A stretch of 64,000 nt of DNA from Vicugna vicugna (lineage: Eukaryota): positions 310,001 to 374,000 of the forward strand of contig MU058418.1 of the NCBI GenBank assembly GCA_013265495.1, read 5' to 3'. Positions within the stretch are counted from its first letter, which is position 1, and each line of letters begins with the position of its first letter. The translations under genes and the position numbers were made by a program. The notes below the pieces were generated by a model, which saw only the letters and a list, made by a program, of their open reading frames with translations, was not told the DNA's origin and did no database searches. Positions 1 to 11,520 of the stretch are shown one piece after another.

Positions 1-3000
1 CTTGGCGTTTGAAGGGATATTGTCAGGATTTTTTTTTTTTTTTGAGCCACAAAAACTATATAGTCAGTGAATACGTTTTACAGAAAAATGCTTTTATAGA
101 TGAAGGATGCCGAATAGCCTGCTAATGGTAACCAGAGCATGTAGCTTCACTCCAGTTCCTCTTCATACAAATGGAACACAAAATATCTGAGAGATGCTTT
201 TAAAGATGGAAAGATTACTTTCATTAACAAGGTAAAGTAGAGAAGGACTGGTAAAGGAGTAATGCTCTCCTGCAGAGGCCAATAATATCTAACATTTGTA
301 AAGCACTTTATCATTTACAAACGGGGTTTAAGTAAACTAGCTGGTTCCAGGTGGATCCAGTCCCCAGTGCTCAGCCTGAGCTTCCAGACTGGCAGCCTCG
401 GTGGAGAAGCAACCTCTGAAGAACACAGGGAGCAGCAGCAGTGGCCAAATAAGGGGTGAATCTACTCACTCACCACCTGGGCACAAACAACCCAGATGAG
501 CCCTAATCTGCATGCTGATTAATATAAATGAGTGGTTTTAATAAAGCCATTGATGGAGTCTATGAAAGAATGGTTTTCTTCATTCATTCCTACCAGACAA
601 GGACCAGGTTTAATGAAGACAATGATGAAAGGTCTGTTGCAATAAACACACGACTAACTCACAGGAGTTCTGGAAGAAGCTTCTAACTCGGCTTTTTGAA
701 GGGAGTCTTTTCAGTGCTGCCAAATGTGTAAGGCCGTGCTTATTTGTGGGAGGGATGGCAATCTGTTCTAGTGAGCTGGAAGTTCTTTCTGGCGAAGGGG
801 GAAGAGCAGAGAGAGAAATGGCACTACCAGTAGGACAGGTGCAGCAAAAACTAAGCAAATTGATAATCTTAATTTTTAATTTAGAACAGCTGATACATTG
901 GTTTATAAACTACTGGTAACATTTGTCAAAAAGGGTTCACAAAAATTCAGCGAACTACAGAAAAGTATAAAATCACAACTAATAAAACTTAAAAGAGACA
1001 GTCCACAAGTTCAGGAAAATGGCTTGAATATGAAGTATTGAAGTTTACTATTATATTGGCTAGTGCACTTATTCCATAAACATTTGCTCATAGCCTACTG
1101 TGTAACTGGCACTGTCCTAGTGAGACCAGTGATGGCCTTACAAAGATAAGGCCATTCATTTGTCTTTGATCACTTAGAGGGTTAATATATAGATGAGCTG
1201 CATGACCTTGGGCCAGCACACCAATTCTCTGGGCCTGTTTGCTTCTCTTGGAAAGAGGTGCCTGTGCTTTATCAACAGTAAGCCCTATGATCAGAAATAC
1301 CTAAATATGCAGCTGTATACATTTTTTACTCATAACAATTATAAGGAATAGTTGTAGTTGGCCAAAAATGTGGGTTTCTTTTACTACCAATACAAAAGTC
1401 AAAAAAGTTGTTCCCTTTTTGAGTGAGGGTGCAGGATTCTTGGCCTTGTTTGTCACTGAACAATGAGAAATATTTATTTAAACAATGATTAGGTTCCTGA
1501 AAAACTGGCAGATATTTTAGAATGCTGATGTCAAGATGAAGCTTTTCAGAAGAAATAAAGGAAAAGGAGATGCTTTCCAGTAGGTTAAAAAAGGTTGTGT
1601 CAAGTAGCTACAAAAACTGTAAATAGTTGCTAAGGATCGAATGCCTGTGAAACAAAGCAATTCTGACATTACCACACAAAAGTTAGTTGCTTTACTTTCT
1701 ACCTTCTCCAACATGGAAATTCCTGCACATGAAGTCTGCTATACTCAGGATATTCCACATTAGTATGCTCTTTACTTAATGGCACTGTTACACCTTGTTT
1801 TGACTGTACTTTCTTGAAGAGAATAAAGTTTGCCATTTCAGTGACCTGCACTTTTTTCCCAGGTAGCTGATGACCTCCATTTTGCTTTCACTGCTTCGTC
1901 ATGTGAGGGTCCTCTCAGTGATGTTAAGTGATATTTTCCAGGTGTGATTTTACTGAAACGTTAATGCCACCTTTGAGAAGTTCACAGTGTGAATCCTCAG
2001 AATAACCAGAATCATGGTACAGTATTTCATTCAACTGAAAGGATGCTGCTGGTTAGAACACTGCCTAGTAGCGTCGGCTTTCAAAATTTTAAAATTGTAA
2101 CCTTCACTAAGAACTGTCTTTTATATCATGACAGTACATGTACACATGCATATATACAAAAATAAGTGAAAGGTTTCATAAAACAGAAGTTTAATTATCC
2201 CTATTCTATATTTCACTTAAAAAAAGTGCTGATAATGATTTACTAAACTGATTTCACCATCCACCAATAAAGAGGGTGTAATCTGTGGTTTGAAACATTA
2301 TCTTACATCATGCTGATATATGCCATATATAGCTCATACCTTGTTAGCCATTTAATTGCAAATAAAGTCCCCAAATTTTGACATGCAGTTTAAATATTCT
2401 TATTCTAAAATGTTTGTAAAGGTGTTAATTTCTTTATCACTTTATACCTGAAACATGTAAATTTGCTGAGTATAAACAGGGGTAGGGTAAAACAGAATCA
2501 CTCTTAGGTACTATGCAGCATATTCCATTAGGGTACACATCAGTCTTGTTCGTTTATAGCACTCATGTTGACTAGTAAAAGCTAGAAAGCTTTCAACTTA
2601 GTAGACTCATGAAAACAAACTGGTTTAGATCACATTTTGCCAAAGAGTTAAAAATTTCAGAATTTTTCTGGGATTAACACACCCATCTTGCAAATTCCAG
2701 GGATACCATGTTCTTTGGGTAACACAGTTCACCTTTCAGCTCAATCAGTTCCTCTTCAAATTGGGCCACACTAAAAGGCAGATGTTTATAATTTAGAGAT
2801 GTCCCAAGGTCTGTACTTTAAAGGCAGTCACAGAAATTAAGGCATGACTCATATGCATTAAAATCCATGCATCTTGTCTAAAACTGTAATTATGTTTCTT
2901 CCAAATACCTTAGCAGCTCTTCAAAATCTGTGATTCAATGGAATTCTAAAAATAACTGGCCCTACTGCTACAGTGGTCTAGAAAATTAGGTAATCCCTTT

Positions 3001-3763
3001 TTTCCCTCCTTAAAAAAAAATCAGGTAGTAGAAAGTTAAGACTAGCTGCATTGTGCCCTTGAATCAAATAATGGATACTCTTTGGTTAAAAATTCTCCAA
3101 TCTGTGTAAATCTATAAAGATATACATTTGGCTTTTAAACTAGTATCTCCAATGCTTACCACATGCACACAAAATTTTTTGTGGAATTATCAGTACTGTT
3201 CTAATATGTGAATTCGTTGTATAAATCATAACTATTTCAAAATAAATTTGCAATTACCACTTTGTTCAATCACTGTTTTCAGAAATTTATTACTTGCATA
3301 TCACCTTATGGCTTTTAAAGTACTTGAAAAAAATGAAGCCATGTAAGTTTCTCATCACAAATCCACCATAAAGGTGAGTTCACTAATTTGGTGTATTACT
3401 TTAGATTGCTGAAACATGCATGTCAATCTTAAGCTCTCTGACATTTATCAAATATTTTGGTTTCTCTATTACACCTCTTATTTTATTACCAATTCTTCTT
3501 GAGTCATTTGTTTTTCTTCATACTTTAATGATGTTTTCAGAATCTGGTTATATGTTATACCTTTGGACTCTTTCCTATAACACTCAGAAGTATAGAATAT
3601 TGAAACTGGCAAGGAGGGAGGGGTGGAAACACGCTGCCTTTATTTTATAGATGAGGATACTAAGAAAACAAGTTGCCTTTGTTTAGTAGTTATTTCTCTA
3701 AAATGTTTTATAAAGCCCTATTAATTTTTAAAAATAATTTATAAATTCATTTTTTAATTAATC

Positions 3764-3884
3764 TTTTTTTGGGGGGAGGTAATAGTTTTATCCACCTATT
3801 TATTTTAATGGAGGTACTGGGACTTGAATATCCAGGACCTTGAGCATGCTAGGCAAGCACTCTGCCACTGAGCTATACCCTTCC
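3764..3884 (-). mobile_element. Camelid vic-1-type tRNA-derived SINE, complete
   Basis: Reverse complement reads GGGTATAGCTCAGTGGCAGAG (A box)...GTCCTGGATATTCAAGTCCCAGTACCTCCATTAAAATAAATA...ATTACCTCCCCCCAAAAAAA. Confidence 0.85.
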
Positions 3885-4019
3885 TCCCCCCTTAATGTTT
3901 GTATTGAAATGCTTATTCCAATATTTTAAAACTACTAGTTGTTTAAGATATAAATTCCAGGTTCAGTAACTGCAAAATTGCTGGCAAAAAAGATATCATG
4001 GTTGTTTGTTGGTTTGTTT

Positions 4020-4210
4020 TCTGCTTTAGTTAAGCATGAGGATTTTGGAGCCAGACTGCCTGGATTAGACAGGAGCTCTCCCATTTATTAGCAGCGTTAC
4101 CTCAAGGAAACTATTTAACTCTTTCCTCTGCCTCCAGAGAGGTTAAATGAGTTAGCACACAAAAAACAGAACAGTGTCTACTTCATAGTAAACACTCAAA
4201 AATATAAATT
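4020..4210 (+). mobile_element. MIR
   Basis: gttaagcatgaggattttggagccagactgcctgg...ggttaaatgagttag. Confidence 0.65.
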
Positions 4211-7200
4211 GGTATTTTTTAATGTTTCTTGGTAATTTTAATAACTATTATATAGTCTACATTATGAAGTTTCTAATTTCATTTCTAAAGTGGAGTATTA
4301 AGACATTAGATAAACAATCAGGAGAAAAAGATCTGAACTGGAATTCTAAGAGATAAAATGAGCTGTCCAATGTTAAAGTCTAATTAAGGGGAAAAAAGGT
4401 AGTTATAGGAACTAGGTCCACAGACTTACTTCAGGGCTATTTCCACCTCTCTTTGTAGCTTTATCATCTCTGAGGAGTATAAAATAGGTTAAGTGCTATA
4501 GAGCTCAATACATTATGAAAACATGTGATTCACAAGAGTGTAGCTGCTTAGTAATGAAACAGTTAATTTGATATTCTAAACAGGGAAACTGTCCTTTAAA
4601 AACTAGAGATTGGACACAGAGACAGTATAGTTGTGGTGTTTACTGATATCTGACCGACTTGAACAAAGAATGATGACAATTAAGGCACATGAATAACAAC
4701 AATTTAATGCATTTTCCAGAATTCTTATAAAGAAACTTCCTTGGCACAGCCATACTTTCCAACAAACCCACTTTAATGTTTTCACAGTTTACAATATCAG
4801 AAATGACCTCAGGGTCAGGCATTTGTCAGTTAATGACCTGTTGGGCTAATGGCCTTCAGCTTTGCCTTGGGCACACAAGTCCTCCAGTAGGTCATTAGCT
4901 GCCAGAAAAGGGCTCTTCCCCAATCACTATTGCTAAATAAATAAAATTTGCTCCTGGGTTAAGGCCCTGTAAGCCAACTTTGGCTTAGAGTGAGTTTTTT
5001 TGTTGAGTATTTACAACTCAGAGGATTCAAGAAAATAATGGAAATGCTAAAACTAAAGTTATATCAATATAACTAATGAAAATTAGTTACATGGATCCTT
5101 TTGGACACTCTTAAATTTTCTTTTGCTTAGGGTGTTCAAATTCAGTATTAATCTAATATAGCAGGCACAGAATACAAATGCACTGCATTTTGGAATTTCA
5201 TCTACAAGTAAGTTTTTTGGAGCTCAAACTACATTTTTCCAACATACAAGATTATGAATGGTGGCAAGGTTCCCAGGGCAGCCCACAAAAGCTTGGCTAG
5301 CCTTTAACATTAGAAATACCATATACCTGTAATCAAAAATAGGATAGAAAACCATAATCCTCCAAATTTGCAATTAAACAAAATAGGAAAACAAAACTAA
5401 ACAGGAAATACTTTTAAAATGATCTTTAAATGTTGATGGTTGCAGAGATATTTGGTTTAACAAGAGAATGAGTATAGAGAGACTGGTTCTTTCTTATGCC
5501 TATTTCACTTCTAATTACAATATAATTTTCCTTTTCTTAACACAAGAGTATACCAAGCTTTACTTTGTGTTCTTCAACCCCAAGTAAAGTTTCCTGGTTT
5601 ATTTTTCCTCTTGAAAAAAGCAAGAAGAAGGCAAAAAGGTGGATGGCAATTTTTCTGGAATAACAAGTAAGAGGAGGAAAAGAGTTGAAGAGGATGTGTA
5701 TACATTTTGGAGATGGCCCGAGGTGAAACGCACTGAATTGTGAACAGTAAGAGACAAAGGAAGGGGCACTGTGTTCAAGTCTAGTGGGTGGAGAAAGGAT
5801 GGATGGAGGAGACGTGGGGTTAGGTGGCTGAGGACAAAGAAGAAGGAATCAGCTTCATCTTCAGCTTCATTAGCCTAGTACTTTCGTAAACTCCAAACTC
5901 AGGGAAATTCCTTGAGTAAAGTCATTAAAAAGGCAAAAGAAGAACACTGAATAAGTCAAGCTGGAAAATAGATTTTTTTTCCTCCTCTGGCTTTGGAGAA
6001 ATAGCCATTTATGTCAGTGAAATTGGAGGGGAAGAGGCTGGTTTGATTAATTTTACTTCTAGAAGGTGGAAAAAGGGATTTATAAAAATTTAGGTTGCCA
6101 AAGTGTACAATAAGATAGTCATAACCAGTGTATTGCAAGGCCACCCATGGCGAGAGGTTCAATGCTACCCATTTGAGATGGTGTATTTTGTATAACACAG
6201 ACTTTTTTTTAAAATGGGTTTCTTTGAATGCCAGGCATATAGAAGAAATGTTTCTCTTTTTTCTTGTCACCAAGTTTCTGGTTTGACATAGACACTCAGA
6301 GGAGTACCCATTTTGCATGATGGCATATGACTTTCCTATGCCCAAAAGATACTTTATTCTATTGTTTTATTGCACGGAAAGGGTAAAGTTCATGGTTTTA
6401 ATGAGATAATAAATTTTAAAAGAACATAATGTTTTGTCTTATCTCTAGTATGTATCTCAAACATGTATCACTTTTACTTTAAAGATCGAGGAAGCAGACT
6501 CAGAAAATAGTGTCTGTTTAATATGTGGCTATATGAGCAAATGATAAGAAAAAACTGGAAAAATTAGGGATTTTGAAGTTAAAAATTTACAATAGCATTT
6601 TGACTTCTCTAACTGATATGGAGATAGCTTCCTTTATTGTTACAATATATGACACCCTACTTTCCTTCTGCACACATTTACTCTAGTCATGAAAATCTAC
6701 ATTTGAGTAGGTTATATAAAGAAAAGAACATTAATCCTGACTGTCAAACTACAGAGGGTAAAAGACATTAATTCAATAATTTCCACAAGTAAAACAGTGA
6801 TGACAAGACTATAAACACATAAGGTCACAATAAGGCCTATTTTAAATGGATATCATAGAGAAAAACTTAAATTTTATACGATATAGCATATTTTAGGTTT
6901 CACTTTTCAACATGAACTTGAAACTAAAAGTAATATAACAGATAAGGAAAATATCAAATAACCAATAGAAGCCTCTTTATTAAAATATATAGATGATATA
7001 AAAGATTTATATGCATAAATTGAGCATATTCATACAAACAGAATTCTTCCTTGTAAACAACATATTTATGCCTTTAGGAAAACAAAGTTAACATAAGGAA
7101 ATGCATCAGCTCTGTAAGGAGTACATCTGTACTACTGGTTATTTAGAAATATAAATCACTAATGCTTAATAGAATGGCCCCCAGGAATGATATCATGACT

Positions 7201-7807
7201 ATGTTCTACGGGAAAGGGGGCATTTAGAGAAGACTGGGGCTAACTCACAGTCTTTTATCTGATGTATAGTGACAGGTCCGTGAAATGAAAATTTCCAGAA
7301 AGATTAAAAAAAAAACACAGTGAATTAAATTCTTTACATCCCAGGGTTATCACTGTACATGTAAAATAAAACACTTGAATAAAAAGATGATAAGTAGTAA
7401 TAGGCATAGTCTTATTTGCACTGTGGCTTAATCCTAAGATATAAATAAATCCAGTCTACAAATAAACACAGGGACCAAGGAAAACCTGTAATGGTCAGCC
7501 AGATTTCTAAATTATAGTGCTTTTCCATGTCATGATCCTCTACCTCCTCCCCCTCCACCAATTTTTATTCAGCATGTTTCATTGATCACTTGATGCTCAA
7601 ACACTAAAACTTTAGATTCTGGCATGATCCCGTTGTTTCTGCATTCAATGATGTTCTACAAGAACACAATTTATTTCAATGGAGTCAGGGAATTTATAGC
7701 TTAAAAAGGGGCATTCTGAGGTCACTTAGTCCAGGATCTTCATACAGTGAAGTACTAAAATAAAAAGTTGCCCTTAGTTCCATAATTGAAAATGAACAAA
7801 AACTCAA

Positions 7808-7885
7808 TTTTTTTTAATGTAGGTACTGGGGTTTGAACTTAGGACCTTGTATATGGCTCTACCACTGAGCTAACCTTACATCTCC
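7808..7885 (-). mobile_element. vic-1-type SINE, internally deleted
   Basis: Reverse complement reads TAGCTCAGTGGTAGAGCC...AAGGTCCTAAGTTCAAACCCCAGTACCT...A-tail. Confidence 0.75.
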
Positions 7886-9209
7886 TTTAAACATTAATTT
7901 TTAAACTCACTCTTGAATTCAAAGTCTTGTTAATTCACACTTATGTGTCTATAGCTATAATAGCAAAGACAATTACCAGAGTATTAATATACCAATTTCT
8001 ATACTTCGAGATATTTAAAAATCTAAATGTTACCTAAGGCAGTTACCTTGAAGACCCCCTAATATCTTCAGGGAAAAGCCAAAGGGAGAATAATTGACTT
8101 TGTTAATTTTACCCTGGGCAATTACGACAGCTCTGAATTTCATATGACTGCAGAATACTTCATCTAATCATCTGCCCCAGGAGAAGTACAGTGATAAACA
8201 TGTAATATAGAAATTCAGACAAGAATCCAGTAGCACAAGAAAATGGGAAATTGGTAGAATGAATAAGTCATAAAATACTAAAGTTGTTACAAATATGCTA
8301 AGTTTAATTACCAAGCTAAATATATACCCTCAGAGAAAATGCATGCTGTCATTGTGAAAAAACCTAATACTATATACAGAAATTCTGTGTTAAGTTCTGC
8401 CTGATCGCTATTGCTGTGGTCTCTATTTACATTGCTACTGCTGACAATTTTTATTGCTTATAAAGGAAAATTAAAACATCATTACATAGAAATCTAACTT
8501 TACCAAGACATTAACCACATGGAGAGAACTTCATACTGCCCCCCAAAAGTATTTATCACCACCTCTTCTTCCCTCACCAAAACCCCCCTATTAATGGTTA
8601 GTATTACACTTAAGCTTCTGGGAACTCATTTAATAAAATTAGTCCTCTTCTGAGATAAAACTTTACCTTTCTTGAAAAAATATTCTGAGGGGAATACTGC
8701 TGAATATTTAAATAAAAGGAACTGGTTCTGAATATGGGAGATTTGCTCAATCAAAGAAAATTCTTTGATAAAGCACTTTAGTTACCCCTTACAATCTACT
8801 CAGTTTAAAACACTGCTCACATGATTTGGAAATCATCTATTATGATTAAAAGAGAGCTACAAAAAGCCTAGATTTGTAGAAGATCAATTATGGACTCCTG
8901 GACATGGTACTCAAGGTCTTTCACAAAGAGTGAGCCAGTGAAGCATCTTTTGAAATTGACCTTTGAAGAACAATGTACAAAAGATCCATGTTTTGGATGA
9001 ACAGGAGGGTTGCATAGAATAAAGGCTTCAATTCAACACATAACTATCAAATTCAGAAAAAAAACATACCATGGCTTAAAAAGGAAGAGAAAAAAAAATC
9101 CTTACCAGACAAAGGTTGATAAAATGCAAATCCAAAGAAGCAAACCTGTGCAGAGACCATGAAGGTACAGGGCTCACTGGAGGGGAAGGAAATGCCTGAT
9201 CATTCATTC

Positions 9210-10389
9210 TTTTTTTTTTTTTTTTTGCTTCCAACTGTATTAGTCTCTTTTTATTCTTTCAGTAATCTCTTCCAGAGTTAACTACTTCCGTTTGTAGGTG
9301 ATGAAATGTGTAAGGAATCCACTTCAAGTGTTGGCACTGCTATGAGCATGGTCTTTCCCTTTACTTCAACTCAATTACTTTAGATTCTTGTTTGTATTTC
9401 CAAGTCCCGAAGTAGTTTTCACTGCAGAAGTTATCTGAAGACAGTCTTAAGCTTTCTAGTAGTGGTCTAACACCTGGGTCTAGCTTCTCCAGGAACACTA
9501 CACAGGATGGAGTTAGATATGTATTAAACTAAGAGGCATTCTCTCAGATAAATTTAAATGCGTTTTATTTTTAGACAACCTACACATGTTTTTTCCTCAA
9601 AAACAATGCCTCTGCTCCAAATAAATCAACATCAAAATAAATGAAGCTCAAGATGGCATCAGTTCCATTTGTCTTTTAAGTCCTGGTGTTGTGTGGATGA
9701 AAGCAGTGGCCAGCCAGTTATGATGACAGGTGATAGATCCAAAGTAACAGCCAAATTTGTTAACATTTTTCCATTTCTAAACCATCCTTAAAGAAAATCA
9801 TATATGGGGTCACACCATCCTCACGGTAGTCCAGCAAAGCCACCATGCCATCTGGATTCATGTTTTCACCAATAAAGAACTGATAGTTTTTGAAATTAGC
9901 AAGGATGTGCTTGATTTGTTCTGTAGCCCCTGTCATAAAAGGTTTTACTCTTTCTGGTCTCTGTTCTTCAAGTTTCCCTTTGATTGACTTCATGTAATCT
10001 TTGATGTACTTCTTGTAGGCTTCTTTTGTGAAGCTGGTTTCCTGCAAGTGATGGTTCATGACAATATCGACACCAGTGATTACTGTGCTTTCGGTACCTT
10101 CGCCCTCGGGGCCTTCAGCGGAGGCATTTCCACCAATGAGCGAGTCATCAATGTTACCCTCTGTCCTACTGATCATCTTCCCCTCCACCTCCAGACACAG
10201 CCCGTCCGCGACCTCCCGGATCTTGTAGATGTTGGAGAACATCTCATCATGGCTGAGGTCCTGGTAGATGATCATGATGGCGGCTGGAGGGACACGACAG
10301 CGGCTCTAGCTTAGCTGGAGCTCGGAGCGAGCGCGGTGCGGCCGGAGCGGTGCTGGGGTGGGGGGGTGGGGGAGCGGGCGGAAAAGGCC
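9210..10389 (-). pseudogene. TPT1: Full-length TPT1 (TCTP) retrocopy, intronless
   Basis: Contains the 5'UTR starting CCTTTTCCGCCC, an intronless CDS, about 530 nt of 3'UTR and poly(A) (T17 at 9210-9226). The 11-bp TSD CATTCATTCTT is at 9201-9211 and 10390-10400. Confidence 0.97.
9760..10275 (-). CDS. TPT1: Open 171-aa TCTP ORF of the retrocopy (expression unknown)
   Basis: [18 protein letters not shown]...DGLEMEKC*. Near-identical to 172-aa mammalian TCTP, with one codon deleted and no stops or frameshifts. Confidence 0.8.
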   Translation of the reverse strand: MIIYQDLSHDEMFSNIYKIREVADGLCLEVEGKMISRTEGNIDDSLIGGNASAEGPEGEGTESTVITGVDIVMNHHLQETSFTKEAYKKYIKDYMKSIKGKLEEQRPERVKPFMTGATEQIKHILANFKNYQFFIGENMNPDGMVALLDYREDGVTPYMIFFKDGLEMEKC

Positions 10390-11318
10390 CATTCATTCTT
10401 ATGTCAAGGAGAAGCTCCAGGCTGAACTGTTGCTTGGATATGCTAAGGCTATTTTTTTTTTTTTGTAAATCAAGTAGTGCTACAGTAATCCAGTGCCTAA
10501 TGGAGCAGATGGTGGAGGTCTTAGACTCTGGAACATTTATAGTGATGTTTCTGAATGCAAAACACCAAGAGTGGATTTCACAGGCTGTGAATCTGATTTG
10601 ATTTTGATGGGAATAAAATCTCCATTTTCTCTGAACTTGAACCACACTGAAAGAATGTGTGAATGATACAAGCCAGCTAAGAAAAAGGAACATATTAAAT
10701 ATTATTCCCAAAAAGTGAAGTAGTTAAAGTGAGTACTTGTGTCATTATAGCATATTAATAATACTTGTACTTAATAACCACCATCTTGAAACCTTATATA
10801 AGATTTCATTAGAATAGCTTAAAGTAAGTTAAAATTGATGATTAGAGAAAACAGATATAAATTTGTCTAAAGGCAATAAGCTTTAGTTTCGTTGTTTTGT
10901 TTTTAGAAATGGCTGAGGGCCAGGCTGAAATGTGGACCTAGTTAGCATGTCCATAACATCTCTTCTTCTCAGGTATGTGGGTCTAAGCCATGAGGGGTCA
11001 GTGTGTGTGGCTAGAGCTAGTCTATGTGCAGCTCAAGGCACCCAGAAATTATGCCAGACTGTACTCTCTGATGCTTCCTCCTTCTCCAAGACCCAAAGTT
11101 CATCACAGATCACAGCAGGGGTGAAGAGGGAGGATGGACAATGAGTCAGAGTGACTCCCAAATAAACTGAGGTTATTTATTATTCCATTTTATACAGCAA
11201 TTCATTTCTTACTTTAGCTTCTTTTTCAGGTGAATATAAGCTCTATATTAAAGTATCATACTATTTTCTCCCTAAAAATCAACAGTTCTGTCTAATGAAA
11301 ATATGTGCTAGCCAAAAA

Positions 11319-11520
11319 TGTGATGGGAAGGTAGGGCAGAATGCTACTTGTCTCCCAGTATCTATTCTCTGCGTCTTCCACATTTTTCCTGGGCACATGG
11401 CGACCCACAATAAAGTTTATATTTCCTAGTCTCTCTCACAGGGGTGACCATATCATTAAGTTCTGGCCAATAGAATGTAAGCAGAAGGATTTCAAATAAC
11501 TTCTGAGAAATGTCTTTAAA
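11319..11520. mobile_element. MLT1 (MaLR) solo LTR, left part
   Basis: Typical MLT1J-like text (taagttctggccaatagaatgtaagcagaag), broken off at the hAT insertion. Confidence 0.7.

Noticed and set aside
5956..6345. 129-aa ORF
   Set aside because: Non-ATG start, no recognisable homology, AT-rich intron sequence.
10276..10355. In-frame PDSS2 exon 3-TPT1 fusion via CAG acceptors in the retrocopy 5'UTR
   Set aside because: The pyrimidine-preceded CAG acceptors I checked are out of frame with the TPT1 ATG (77 and 8 nt upstream) or hit an immediate stop.
10247..10711. 154-aa ORF and the overlapping plus-strand ORFs
   Set aside because: They are chance or shadow frames crossing the retrocopy's GC-rich UTR and TSD junction.
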